A stretch of DNA of 64,000 nucleotides from Tricharina praecox (Eukaryota): assembly GCF_024521635.1 (NCBI RefSeq), contig NW_026250446.1, positions 1 to 64,000 on the forward strand. The letters run 5' to 3'. Made by a program: the position numbers and the translations under genes. This document shows, piece after piece, positions 1 to 13,300 of the stretch (position 1 is the stretch's first letter; the number at the start of each line of letters is the position of its first letter). The notes beneath the pieces were generated by a model. It was not told the origin of the DNA, searched no databases, and was given only the letters and a program-made list of their open reading frames with translations.

Positions 1-285
1 CGTCCTTCTCGTCCTTCTCGTCTCGTCCTTCTCGTCCTTCCCGCCTTGTCGTCCTGCTGTGGAAATAGTCTTCTGTACTGGACTGCTGGATTCGCTGCCA
101 TGGCCTCCCTCATCACTACATTGGCTGCCACGGTCTCTGTACTGGATTCGCTGCCATGATCTCACTCACTACTGGATTCGCGGACTTGGACTCAGTACTT
201 CATTCGCTGCCAAGGCCTCAGTACTGGATTCGCTGCCATGACCTCTCTACCGGATTCACTGCGAAGGACTCTATACTAGTTTGCT
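1..285 (+). repeat. 9-bp (CTCGTCCTT)n run followed by a degenerate 26-bp minisatellite (CTGTACTGGATTCGCTGCCATGGCCT-like)
   Basis: Units at 137-162, 193-218, 219-244 and 245-270 are each 26 bp. The same motif recurs near 20500 and at 30807-31445. Confidence 0.85.
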
Positions 286-1489
286 AGTGTGCCTGCTAGG
301 GCCCCACTTGTCATCGCCGCCATTCCTGGCCGGGCTTTGGTTCCTGGCCAAGCTTGCGGCACCGCTGCTGTTGTTCCTTCGACTCCTGCAAGGACACCCA
401 ACCATAGGATCCTATTCTGGGCCAGCATCGTACACGGTCGAAAGAAGGTGTCCGCGATGGTGCCAGTGGCGCGGGAAGCAGTAGTAGGAGACTTGATCGG
501 CCGCGGATGTAGTAGGTCGGATGAAGAGTAGGACGGGGAGCAGTGGGAGGAGACGGTATCCGCGGCGGTCTCAGTGCTCTATCCGCCATCGGGGACGAGT
601 CGAGGACGGCGAGAAGTGGTAGGACGAAGACGGTCGGCGAGAAGTGGTATCTAGGGAAGAGGAAGATTCAGCGGCAGTTTCTGCAGGATGACTTGTGCTG
701 AGCAGGTTGTTGTAGGGGGGCAGCGCATTCCCGCTATCCGCGACGGTGATGAACAGGATGTGTAGCCGGGCGAGGAGGGGGGCGACGAGTCGAGTGAGGA
801 GATGTAGTAGAACAGCTTGATGGTCTGAGTCGCATGAAAGACCGATAAAGCACGTGCGTAAGTGCTGTCAGATGTGGGCGCCATACCGCATTCAGTCGCT
901 TTAACGTTGAGATGATCACTGCTGCTACTCTTATATCCGTCTGGTTTCAACCAACACATGAGAGATAGACATTATCACCACCACCAGGCATTATTAGTTT
1001 AACGTTGAAGATGTACGCGTTTCTGCCTGACGAACACAGGCTGCTTTTCTTTCTTTATCAGTTTCGTGTCAATACCTTATGTCCTCCAAGTTGCCCGATC
1101 TCACGCCCGGTGATTCCATACCTGCTACGCGGTGAAGGTAAGGATGACATCATGAGACGAATGGTGGCGAAAGGTTACTGAAGAATGACGTATGACGTGA
1201 AATGTGTTGAATATAAGCAGCTACACACACCCGAATCTCCCGCTAGGTCGACACGTATACTCCGTCTGATGTTTTGTTTCAACACAACCTCTGTCGGACG
1301 CTGTCATTGAATGCTGTCGGATTCCGTTAATGGACACGGCTTCTGATAGAAGATTGAGTGTAAATATCATGCACTGATTACGAGATGGAATGAACATACA
1401 TGCGTTGAGATGTGCCTCCAGTGGACGATTTTTCAGAGATCCCCACGTGAGATCGGCGATGCCTTGTTTGCCAGTGCAAAACTTCCTTT

Positions 1490-1552
1490 TCGCACGATTA
1501 GTGAATATCTCCCCTCGCACGATTAGTGGCATTTACCTTCGCACGATTAGTG
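1490..1552 (+). repeat. Three copies of TCGCACGATTAGTG
   Basis: Exact 14-mers at 1490, 1515 and 1539 (period 24-25 bp). Confidence 0.85.
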
Positions 1553-2329
1553 ACCATCAGATTTCGCTATCGTTACCCACATGATGATGACGACGGGAAA
1601 GGATTGCAAAGTGGTTCCGCACCGATCTGCTCAATTTCGGGGTGGTGCAGTGGATCAATCGCTGGCCGGTTACAGCCCGAAAGACCCCTACGTAATGCCG
1701 CATTGCCACAAATCTCTCGTCCCTTCAGATTCCGTCTTTCCACGGCGAGTTGTTACCAGTACTCATGTACACTCTTTCTACCTTCCCACTGCTCATTTCC
1801 GACAGTCGTAGCTGTCACCATCGATGACGTGTGCCCAGTGAGGAACAAACACTACAGTGAGGAACAAATAGTACAACCTCTATAGCCACAACGATGCTGT
1901 CACTGCGGCGGATAACACTCTGACAAAGTCACGTGTTGCGAATAGCGCCAAGAGGGACGTTCACCGGCAGCAGCCGCCCATGTGCTGTTGTGGAAAACAC
2001 GTATCGACATTGGATACTGTAGGTTTTCTTGATTTGGAGCATTCACGCAGTGTAGGTGGTGAGGATTAAAACCCTCTGAGTTTACCCTAATCATTGTGAT
2101 ACGCTAATCATTTTCCAGCCTGGAGTTCCGTCTGGGCTTTATAATGAGAGGGGCAACACCAACTCTCTCTTCCTCACTCATCATCTCTTTCCAATCACTT
2201 CAATTGTCTACTGAAGGCAACCGGGTAATTTCTTCGACATTCAACTTCATCTTCCTGTTTGTCTTCTCCACCTTTTTCACTCCCTATCCCACATCCTCCC
2301 CCTCCGTCCTCGACATTCCAAACATCTTA

Positions 2330-3430
2330 ATAACACCGACTACTAAGCTGACGCAGACAATCACGCGACACACTGGCGGGCCCAACTGGATCTTGAAGAT
2401 CCAAAGACCTGCCCGTGGGCAGGAGACCTGCTCTCGGACAGAAGAGGTGCTGGAGGGCCACAACCCCACCCCACAAGGCTCATCATGCGGAATCTCGCTA
2501 CTACTCCCTACCACCACCGCCAGATACACCTCCGTAGCATGCGTTACACCATGATTCTGCCCTTCGTGGGAAGAATCTTCCTTTTCGTGAGATCGACCGC
2601 GATTCTCCTGGATGCCGACCGCCAAGAGAAACGCGACTGCGACCCGACAGGAAGCAGTGTGGCATTTGCCATGGTAAAGGCGTCTGGAACCAACTACGAC
2701 AAGATTCGGCGTTGAAACCAGGTAGTGGCTCGCCTTGGCGACCGCGGCAGGATGATTTGGCGGCGCTCCATTTACGAATCAGAAGGTTAGTGATTCTAAT
2801 ACGGTCGTCTGGCTTGGGCGACCAGGATGATTTCCGATAATGGCGTGTGGATGTTGACTTGGCTTCGCGTACCTAGGAAACTCCGGGATGGTGTTTGATG
2901 GGATGTTGCAGGAGATGCTGGTGTTGTTTCTCGGCGTCTACTTTGGACGCCGGAAGACGTGCCCTCGGGCACAAGAGGTGCATGAGGGCAGATGCCTGCC
3001 CGCCGGTACAAAAGGTGCCCAAGGGAAGACGCTTGCCCGACGGCACAGGGGGTGCCCGTGGGCGGGAGGTTGCCTGACAGCCGCCAGAGAAGATGGAGCC
3101 ACCACAAGGATAACTACAGGAGCTGGTGGTGCCGACACGGTGTACGCACTTTTTCAAGGATCTTCGAAGAAAGTCTCAGGCGGCGAGAACGCGCACACAA
3201 TCAAGGTGTGCAAATTTCAGACGATGGCACGTGTTCCATGCACAGAAGCGGTAGTCAACTACGGTGACGCCGGGAGTGCGGTGCTGGGTCTGGACGCAGC
3301 AGGGAGTCAGTTGGTTTTCCTCGGGATGCTTCTGGCGAGGGCAGGCAATGTTGTCCTGTTCGTCCCGCAGGCAGAACTATTTGCGCAGATGGAGAAGAAG
3401 ACGGGTGTTTCTTGGCAAATCGCGACGTAA
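2330..3430 (+). pseudogene. Degenerate trypsin-like (PA clan) serine-protease-fold gene, copy 1
   Basis: ORF 2888-3430 ends ...EDGATTRITTG...YGDAGSAVLG...LVFLGMLL...LFVPQAELF, resembling the C-terminal GDSGS region of fungal trypsin-like proteins. The upstream part has stops. DNA is colinear with 6780-9157. Confidence 0.55.
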
Positions 3431-3915
3431 TAGGTTCTTTTCTATTGCTTTCTGTCGGACATCCACGAGACCACAGGTGGATAAAAGAATTGCGCAGCTG
3501 AAGACGAAGATAGGTGTTGCCAGAGAGATTGCGACCGAATAATCGTAGGCAAACTGTACTAGTTATTGGTGGCACAATCTCGCATGCTCAACCAGCTGAC
3601 TCTACGGCTCTACATTCACGCAATGCACTCGATTATTATCATCGTAAGAACGTAATCTGGTTGAAACCGGGTAATACTCCGCTCGTTACTTCAGTGTGCA
3701 CCTACAGGTCTGCAATTTGTGCTTACTGCCTCTGTGAGCGCAGGGTACTCTTGTTTATTCATGCAAAATCCCCCGCACTCGTAATGCTCCGCTGTGGAAC
3801 CTAATATTCCCCAGAAAGGTTTCCTGTTTGAAGCAGGAGGAATAATGCAACCTGGCCAAATCATCAGTCCCGGCTCCGCTGTCACACAGAATCGCGCAAA
3901 AATCACTGCGTATTT

Positions 3916-4062
3916 GAGTCATAATCGTACGCTTTTGAGTGGTACTCTTAAACTCTCGAGTGGTAATCGTACGCTGTCGAATGGTAATCGTACGCTGTCG
4001 AATGGTAACCGTGCGCTTTCAAGTGGTACTGGTATGCTTTTGAGTGGTAATCGTACGCGTTC
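3916..4062. repeat. 21-bp minisatellite, 7 copies (GAGTGGTAATCGTACGCTGTC-like)
   Basis: Units start at 3916, 3937, 3958, 3979, 4000, 4021 and 4042. Confidence 0.9.
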
Positions 4063-6779
4063 GTGAATGTTTTGGTCGACTGCTTCACCCGTAGCGATAC
4101 CATCGCTCGAATATCTATCGCTTTAGTAACACTGCTTGCCTGCCGACTAACACATTTACAGTGCGGTGCTTTCATATATGCCCTGACGTAGTTCAGGTAG
4201 CTACCGATTTGAAATCGATTACTAATGAAGCGCCCGAGTTCAGACAGGATCCAAGTGTACAGATTGTGACATTCCAGTACGAGTCGAACTGCTGTTCATA
4301 CGAGGTCGATTGAGGGTTCTTAATAAAGGGAAGCATACACGTATACCATTTGCTTGACCAATGTGATTTCACGAAGCGGGGATTCGATCATGCTTCGCCT
4401 CGGTGAACACGGTGCAAAAATCCTGATGGTTTATCTGCAGGAGCCGGTGGTTCATCGTACTGCAAGCGATAACTGCCTTCAACTGGCTTATAGTGACCTG
4501 CAGACGCTTGATGATTAAATGCAGCTGTGAGTGTCACGCAGTGACAACGTTCCTCTGGCTTGGTGCACCATGCGGGATACTGTTGCGTGACTACTACTAG
4601 ACCAGAGTGGAGAATGTTAATCCCGAGTAACAAATTGTTCACTTTGCCTCGATACTTAGATAGCATCCCTCATACCTGTTACCAGGACCGGGGCGTTATG
4701 GATCTTCGTCCCGATGGTGGCTTGCCCGATTCTGTCGATTGTGACTATCTTCAAATGATGCCTTATGTTGCCGGCTGGGTCTAGTGCTCTTACCATCTAT
4801 GGTGCGTTAACACTCGGCATTGCAGATATCGTAATATTCACACAACTTAACATCGCGGATGAAGAGGGGAAAGCCCTAAACTAGACTCTTTTGAACCAAG
4901 TTGAAATCAGTCGGCGAAAAATAGAAGTAGACAATAGCGCCAATCCAATAACTTGCTCATCCAACACTTGCCTTCCGCTGGTGCCTTCTTCTTAAATACC
5001 TCTCATCCCATTCCTTCTTTTGTTCCCTCCATCTTACATACATCTCAAAAACTCAGATATCCTTCATCACTCACAACACTGCTTTCATTTTGCTCACTCC
5101 GTCTCCACCTATCTTTCCTTTCTCTCCCATCATTCTCCACACGCCTTTCTTCCCTTCTCAAAAATGAGTTGCGGAAACCCGGAATTGTTGCCTTCGCTGT
5201 ACGTCTTCCGTATTTCTTGCGATACAGTTGATGAAGACTGACATCGTTAGATGGCTTTACTCATTCATTCGGAAGCTGCGGAGATGCTTTTCTTATGGCG
5301 CACCAGGTACGTCACCATTTCCAGTTGCGAAGTCCATTGTCCTGTCTTGCGGGAAACGAGTCGACATCTGTGCGCAAAGCTCTTGACTGTTTACTCATGC
5401 TTCGATGGCGCAGACCAAATGTGGACAATTAACATGCTAGACCCGGAATCGTGCAGAAATGCGTCGACAGCATTGCCAGCGGGACTCGTCACCTCCCATC
5501 ACTCGCAGAGCCTACCGGTCTGTCGTTAACCGCGCCCAGCTGCGACGCAACTTCTGCTTCGAAAATGTCGACCCGACTCAGCGCAAAGGTAACCCAGATC
5601 TAGAGTGCACGAAATGTCAGCACGGACAATCCATCTCCTATATGACAAAGGCTAGGGGGGATAAACCAGTCGGAGAAGTTACATGTGGATGTCGGTAAGT
5701 TGACCGACGAGATTGACGACCGCCTGAGGGACCTATGTCGTTTATGTCGCTTAATCACGGGGCATTCGTATGCTGACTAAAGTTATTAACATAATCGCGA
5801 GTGGGTTGACACTCACGGACGAATTTTGATTGCGTATCTGGACGCACTTCTCATGCCCGCAGAGACGAAGGTAGCGATCGTGCCAGGATGCCAACCCGGA
5901 TGGGAATTGGTTGTGCATGGACCAATCCATGGTGCCGACAATGGCGAATCGAAGGAACGGCCGAACTTTGCTATGCAGCTGGAGGTGACACAATCCATCC
6001 CGACTACTAGGCATTCTGTCACCGTGCTAATATTAAGATAGCGGCCGGGTTCTAGAAGACTGAGACCCAAGCGCAATATGCGTCCGCATTATCCATCCGT
6101 GGAGGACGGTCAAAGCGTGGTATGTCAACTACTTCGGCACGCCTAATTTTGAGCTGACAGAATTGCAGAGACTTGACCGCACGCAATGGAGCATTTGCAA
6201 AAAACCCCTCTGAGCTCTCTGACGCCGACCGCGCATCCCGCCGTCCAGGTCCGGGTTCTGCATAGTGTTGGTCAAGTGGACACCAACGAGTAACCATATC
6301 CTGCCTGTGGGCAGCGGGCTATCGGCCATCCAGTCTGGTCCCGAGGTGTGTCGTACATTAATGGGGAGGCAGGAAGTGGAGAAGTACGTGCTGGTAATCC
6401 AGGTAGTCGAGACGACTCGACTCGAGGATGAAGAGGAGGTAGTCGATTTGCTCTGCCATCACCAGACCTGCGGTGCAGGTTGTAGCTGGACGTGCAGTTG
6501 GCTGCCCGTTCACGAGGAAGTACAGTTATTGGCTGACACCTCGATCGGAGTATATCGGACGATTCCGCCTCTACCACGACGCCTTCCCTAATCGTCGCCG
6601 CCTCTAAGAGGCCCGAGTACGCCAAGCTTATCGATGCCGCCGTTGAATACGGTACGACCAACGGCAAGGACGTCGAGTCGCAGGTTGAGGCCGACATGGA
6701 CCATCCTCTCGTCGAGTTCGGAAAGAGATCCTCAGGATCATTCCCGGCAAGGTTGAACATTAATCATTTGGCGACTCCT

Positions 6780-9157
6780 ACGCCGACTCTCCTAAGCTGA
6801 CGCAGACAATCACGCCACACACTAGGGGGCCCAACTAAATCTTGAAAATCTAAAGACCTGCCCGTGGGCAGAAGACCCGCCCTTCGGCACAAGAGATGCC
6901 GGAGGGCGGAAATCGTGCCCTGCGGCACAAAAGGTGCCGGAGAGCAGAAATGCTGCCCCACGGCAGAAGCAGCGCTCGGCCAATGCTGAGAAGTCTATTT
7001 AGAATCTGGAGACTTCTTTACCAATTATGGAACGGGTGGGCGCCGTTTCATTGTTGTCGCCTCTATTACCGCCAGCACCACCTCCCTCATTGCCACAATG
7101 CCACTTCGTCAACCGCCATCACCGTCACCACCAGCCTCTTCCCCCTCAGAGACAGCTATGGACATCCCGACACCTACGGTGTTTGAAGTAGGATTTGCTA
7201 TGGTAGAGGGGACTGGAACTACCAACGACAAGATTCGGCGGTGGGCCCAGTCAGTGGTTTGCCCTGGCTACTGCGGCAGGATAGTTCGCGGCGACGTATT
7301 ATTACTAGGGGATAGTATCGGTGGTGAGACCATGGAGCAGGTGGGCGCATTCTGTCTTCGTGTCAGGAAGTGCGGAAATGAAAACGACGATACGCAATAT
7401 GGGCTCACCGCACTGCATATGGTTGTGCCGACTTCAATATCGAAAGCCATGGCCAGCCGACCGACTGGGATTGTCACGCGTCCTGGGAACCATGATGTCT
7501 CGGAACGATTGCTCGACAACTCCAGCTGCTCGAGTGTGTTGGCGTGGATACATCAATTCCACTCGGGCGGGCTATCAAGTGGATGAAACACCATGTGCAC
7601 CAGGGGAAATGCCTGCCTGTGGGCAGATTACACACCCTTGCATCGAGTGTCTTGGTTTGGATACATCAATCTCACTCGAGCGAACAATCAAGTGGATGAA
7701 ACATCATGAAGGAAATTTTGGCGAGATTGTGGACGGAGAGATGGGTGTGGACACAGCTGGATGGAGAGAGGACTGGGCTGTCATTAAAGTTCAAGTAACA
7801 TACAGCGACGACCGATCCGAATGGTAGGATCGGCGCCGCAGCTTCGATCACACTCCCCTGCCTCGCTCGTTTCCGTACATCGCCGCAGTCATGCAGTCCC
7901 GCCATGCGCGTTGCGGAGAGTTTGCATTGAAGGATGGAGCCAACACTTGAGTAACTGCGAATTTCACGGTAGATGTTAGTGTCGTTTCTCGGCGTCTTAT
8001 TACGACGGCAGACGACCTGCCCGACGGCGCTAGTGGTGCCCGAGGGCGGATGCCTGCCTGTGGGCAGAAGACCTGTCCAACGGCACAGGAAGTGCCGGTG
8101 GGCGGGATGCTGCCTGCGAGCCTCTAGGGAAGATGGAAGCAAGAGGTTGTACGACTCCCTCAGGACGCAACTGAAATCTAACCGGATGAGATGCTGGAGG
8201 AACGCATACGCATGGCCAGTAGAATAGCTGCGGGTTCTGCTTAACTTAATCTACCTACAAGCATCCCTTGGGCATATCTTGTGTCTCGTTACTGTCCACC
8301 ATAATACGACAACCATATCTGATAATTATGTATGTTCTCGCTTCTTCCTGAACCCTCTTCTGGCTCTTCCAAACCATCTACTCGGTGATGACATTCATTT
8401 GTCCGTCGCAGAAATTATGCGCCCAGACTGGTACAATAACCTGTTGGGGCGGACTCGGTTACCGCTTACCTTCAAGGACCTACGGTCCCCGGGTCGAGTG
8501 ACGATACAGCTCACACAATCGAGGTTTGGACGTTTCTGACGATACCGCATATTCCACGCTAACGAGTGGTAGTTGAGTATGGTGACGCCGGAAGCGCAGT
8601 GCGGGGTCTGCATGGAAGATGGGCCCAGGCCTGGGAATAGTCTGTCCGGACGGAAGACTATTGGGGTCCGGAAATGTTTAGTGCGGAAGCAGCTAGCTAC
8701 TAAGTGTACGGTGCCGGCTGTCCGCAATATTTTGGCCGGTGAACATTTTCCATCTGATCGCATACGGAAGTACCCATTGCCAACTCCTTAATTCTCGCCG
8801 TGCTGCCAACTCTTTAGCTTCATTTCTACCTGCTGTGCCACTGCGCCACTACGCCACTGCCCAAGGCTAGTACTAGCGCCAAATTTTCCGGGCTCGAATG
8901 CGGCCCCAGTCGTCGTCCGGCTTGCCCGGAGCCCTATAGTCCTTGAGGTTTCGGATCCGAGATGTTCCGTCTCGTCCGGGGCACAGCCTCGGACGCACGG
9001 GACGGACGATTCCCAGGCCTGGATGGGTCTGGGTTTTCTAACCTCGAAATTTTTGTGGCGTGGGCCTGCCGCCCGCGATATTGGGCTGTTTGTCCCGCAC
9101 ACGGAGGCTTTGAAGCAAATTGATGTGAGAACGGCTATTATCTGGGAGATTCCGTAA
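6780..9157 (+). pseudogene. Degenerate trypsin-like serine-protease-fold gene, copy 2, disrupted by frameshifts and a MITE
   Basis: Motifs appear in order: GDSIG...YGLTALH (His), EDWAVIKV (Asp), KDGANT and YGDAGSAV (~8578-8601). After the MITE the sequence reads IGLFVPHTEALKQIDVRTAIIWEIP*, matching the copy 1 C-terminus. Confidence 0.65.
8626..9021. mobile_element. Non-autonomous hAT-type MITE (396 bp)
   Basis: Terminal inverted repeats CAGGCCTGGGAATAGTCTGTCC / GGACGGACGATTCCCAGGCCTG. The 8-bp TSD is GATGGGCC (8618-8625) / GATGGGTC (9022-9029). Subterminal GGAC/GTCC motifs are present. Confidence 0.9.
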
Positions 9158-9874
9158 TTAGCCGCTGCCTAGATGCTTTGTTGGTTCTGTTCAATGATGA
9201 TTTGGATTTTGGCAGAATAGTCTAATATGCAATATTTGTTTTTTGATGTTCGAACCCGTCACCACTTCTACTAACCGACAGTGAAGCCCACCACTACGCA
9301 ACCCCACCGCTATGCCAGCCCACTACCATATGAACCTACTACGACGCAACCCCGCTGTTCGTGATCCTTCCGTAAGTTAGAAGTATTGACCCACACCCTG
9401 TCGTTACCTGCTGGCTGTCGGTAACCCGTCTTTTCAGCCGTGCATGGGTTATCCTCTATGATCATACGGTGAATGCGTTACCACCGTCAGGGTCGCCTAC
9501 ACGCACCGAACTGACTTTTCGTTCCCGATTATGACCATCAGTCTCGTCGAATCCGTGAAAAAGCATAGTTATAAAGTGCTCGCTTTCTGGTTAATCTTGC
9601 GGATTTACAAATAATCCGTTTGCAAATGTATCTAGCCTTCGACTCCACCATCAGCATCTATATTCTGGAATTGACACCAAACAATGTGCCGTTGAGTGTC
9701 TGGTACCTCGCAAGTTTGACTTTTACAAGGCCGTGATTTGGTTTAATAGGTGCGGTGGTAGTATCTTGAAGGGGTCAAGCTATGAGAATTGAACGTATGG
9801 GTAGCTAATGCACACAATATCCTCAAAGATCTGATGGATGTGCTAGGGATGGTTCGCTGATCTGATATTCCGGC

Positions 9875-10377
9875 CAGTGTTCTACATAGTCCGGTCAGGA
9901 CTGCAGTCCGGGCCGGACGATCTACCAAGATCTGTTCCGGTCCGGCCCTTCGGACGGACTGCCGAAAAGTAGTCTGTCCCGTCCATGGATCCCGATGACT
10001 GGAGGAGACTGCAGCCGACTACAGTCCAATGCCAAGAAATGAAAAAAATATTGTCCTTCTAGATATCACGAGATTACGCCAAACTAAGCCAGTAAAAAAC
10101 TCTTCCCCATGACGTGACATTTTAGTGCGGAATCTTTCCACTACGTGAAACTTTCCATCGCTTTCTATTCCGCCTTATTTTGCCGTGGTTTTGCGATTCC
10201 TGAAGGAAAATATTTTTTTTCATTTCTTGGCATTGGACTGCAGTCGACTGCAGTCCGTCCTGACCTCAAACCCTTTCGGACTAGTCCGTCCGAACACTGC
10301 TGTTGAACGGACTGCCGAGATACAGTCCAGTTCGGTCCGAGGCCCAGGACGGACGGACTGGACTAAGTAGAACACTG
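9875..10377. mobile_element. Non-autonomous hAT-type MITE (503 bp) with an internal inverted repeat
   Basis: TIRs CAGTGTTCTACATAGTCC / GGACTAAGTAGAACACTG. The degenerate 8-bp TSD is ATTCCGGC / TTTCCAGC. An inner ~50-bp inverted repeat pairs ~10006-10059 with ~10202-10255. Confidence 0.85.
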
Positions 10378-13300
10378 TTTCCAGCCCGCCGCCGTTGGCC
10401 GGGCTGGGTGTCAGAGTTTTGTTAAGTACCGCAACGACGGCGACACGAATGACAGAACAGATATTAGAGACTGTACACCAGAAGCGCACTTACGCCGGCG
10501 GCGACCTAAAGAAAGACAGAATAAGACAAGAAAAAAAAATACATCCAAAATCAAGCTGCTAAAAAAGGTGGTCCGCGGGAGTAATTCCGGTAGCACGCGA
10601 AGTCCGCAACATTGGCAAGCCCCATTGGAATCCAGTATGACTTCATATCAGCGGTATTGCTTGGTGTGAGATTTGCATTCCCAGTTGCGTCTGAAATCTG
10701 TTGGACGGTCATATTAAGGGGGCAGATTATGTTGCGCTTCTTCTTGGCATACGGGCGATGACCGTGCCGGATCACCCTCGACGATACTAGAGTAGCAGAG
10801 ACGTGAATGGATAGAACCCGCTCACTAGGGCTCAGGAGCAAGGCTGTCCGCGCTGGGCTATGTGCGCCGGGCTGTGGGCTGGCATTCATAGGGATAGCCT
10901 ATTCTCTTTGTTTTGGGTAGCAATGTTGCTTCATGTGTTAGCGCAGGGGAGATAGGTTCATAACCGCTGTTACAAGAAAAAGGCGCCCCTGATTCTCCAA
11001 ACAGTATGGTGGAGAATTAGCCAAGAACATGAGATCCTCTAGTTGCCAATAGGCGATGGAGAAGCTCACAGTCTTCATCCGTCGTAGAACGGAGCATGAG
11101 TACCGCGCGTTCGTTCGCGCGAGCGGTTAGGTTCCATATAGACAGGCCGTCCCACCATCAAGATATAGAAGGATGTGTGGTACTATCGTTTATCAATCTC
11201 CCACTCCATGTCTTTGTGAAAGGATTCTCATGTGTTTGTCGGAGGAGTCAGCCATCTGACCGGCTTATAAAAGCGTATGACACGACTAAGCAGTTATCCG
11301 GATAAATTCTTTGAATCTTCATGTTGGTGACGATGCGCAACTGAGACGAATGGAGCCAAAAAGTGTAGGGTGTATAAAGTCTTGATCATTCTCTGTCTTC
11401 TGCAGCGGCAGAAATCCCTCTATACATATGCAATGTAGATGGCCTCTAGGCTCACCCTGTCGGCGGGCTGCTTGGAAACCCTTCACGCTCAGGGCACCAA
11501 ACTTGACCTGGACGCCTAAGCTCCGGTAATCAGTCGTTCGGCACCATATATGACTCGGACGCCTAAGCTCCGGCGAGAACTCCCTCGGCGCCAGGACTCT
11601 CCCGGAGCGATCGGACGTCTACATCTGACAGGATCCATAAGACAGGAAGAGCTCAACGTCTGTCACGTTATTCTGCCTGTGTCGCTTTCGAAAACTGCAA
11701 GTATGACGCTCATGTATTGGTGGGTGGCCTTTCGTTCCGACGGTTTTTTAAATACTAATGCTGGCCGCGGTGTAAGTGCCGCTACTCCCGAATCCTCAAC
11801 GATGATTCTGTAGCAGCGATCCCAAGCACTTCAGTATTGTAGGTGAATAGACACGGCTAAATAGCCCGGCTGTCCAGTCCGTTGGAGAGTTAACGTATTT
11901 TGACCTTGTCGCATACGTACATAGAGGGCAGAAACCTACAAATCTATCGTTGCTCCGATGACTGCGTTCGCTGGTATGTTTTGGTAGACGTAGGGCGATC
12001 AACCATCATGGTCCGTGTCAGATACTATGTCAGCAAAGCTCAGTCATGTCGGGTGAGTGCACATCCAATACCCTGCGCTTCAAGAAAACCGCAGTGGCTG
12101 GACGGCACGTGATGTTCCTTTTCTAACTGAGCACTTCATGTCCAGCTTTTATCCAAAATACGCTGATGGTATTCATTGGAATCGACGTACCTTCAAGATG
12201 CGTAATCGACTGTCCAGGGTGTTGACAGAAGTTCCGAGATGGTCGCATAAATCTAGGGACGAAAGTAGGGGGCATAACTACCGTCTGACTCTCCAAAGTC
12301 ATTATCAGTGAATCCTTGCTGTTTTTCCCTTCCGGTCTTCTTGCTAAGAGGTCCGATGCAGCGACATTGTGCTACTCGTCTTGCAATCGCTGTCGTGTAC
12401 AACCATGGGTTGCCGGAGCTGCGCCAGATGACAGGTTTCCGATGACATCTCTGGCTGGGGTGATATTATTATCAACGGTTTGCCTACTAACCCAGGTCTA
12501 TTTGTTGACGGAAGCATTGCACTTGGTCGGTGATTTGGTAGTACACCCCCGTTTGCATTTGTCCCAGAGAAAAGGGGCTAAGAATGCTCACGTGCGCCTG
12601 CTCTGGTGACATTGCTCCCAGCTCCAATTTCATTTTTGCGATGACGACACACGAGTAGAATGATCGTTGTAAAAGATACAGCCTGGTGCTGTTTTATGGA
12701 CTGGATTAACGTAAGTATGGACGTTGCTGTGTATATCAAGGTGCGCTAGTGGGTCGCGTGATGCTTCTCCGATAACACACCTCACCATCTAGCGGGCGTT
12801 TGTGTTATATCAGTCACATGCATCTACTGCTACTATAGCGTAAGAGGCTTATCATCGTAGCTCATCGGCACACGTACGTTTGATGTTTTTGCGTACACAT
12901 TCAGTGCGACGGAAGCAATCCCGTGATGTTGAACTCAATTGCTCCGAACAATCTTTAAAACGACTCACCAGCGTTCTCTTAGTGGACGGATGCGGTTATT
13001 CTACTCGACTCATGGTGGATAAACGTTGGCGGTGCGTGAAAACTAATTTCTTCCCAAAACACATTTCGCCAGACTCTGTGCATACACCAGTCAGGTGACA
13101 TTTACTTTGTCTCCCAAATTCACATGTGATGATTTTGTACTGATCCTTCAGCGACCTACTAGACTGACGCGTGCCCCGCGCGTTAGGCACGGTGTTTCAT
13201 TGACGCGTCTTCTCTCCGTAGCACTCTATTTTCTTCTCGTTGGCGGTTCCAGTTGTGCCCCAACTAGGGACCTCGTGATCGGTCTCTAGTTGCGACGATC

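Noticed and set aside
1490..1552. CRISPR-like repeat-spacer pattern (also considered for the 26-mer arrays)
   Set aside because: Repeats are 14 bp with 10-11-bp spacers, the context is eukaryotic and there are no cas genes.
5164..5529. Possible three-exon small gene after a pyrimidine-rich leader
   Set aside because: Splice-like signals exist, but the product is about 70 aa or less and featureless, so it cannot be supported.
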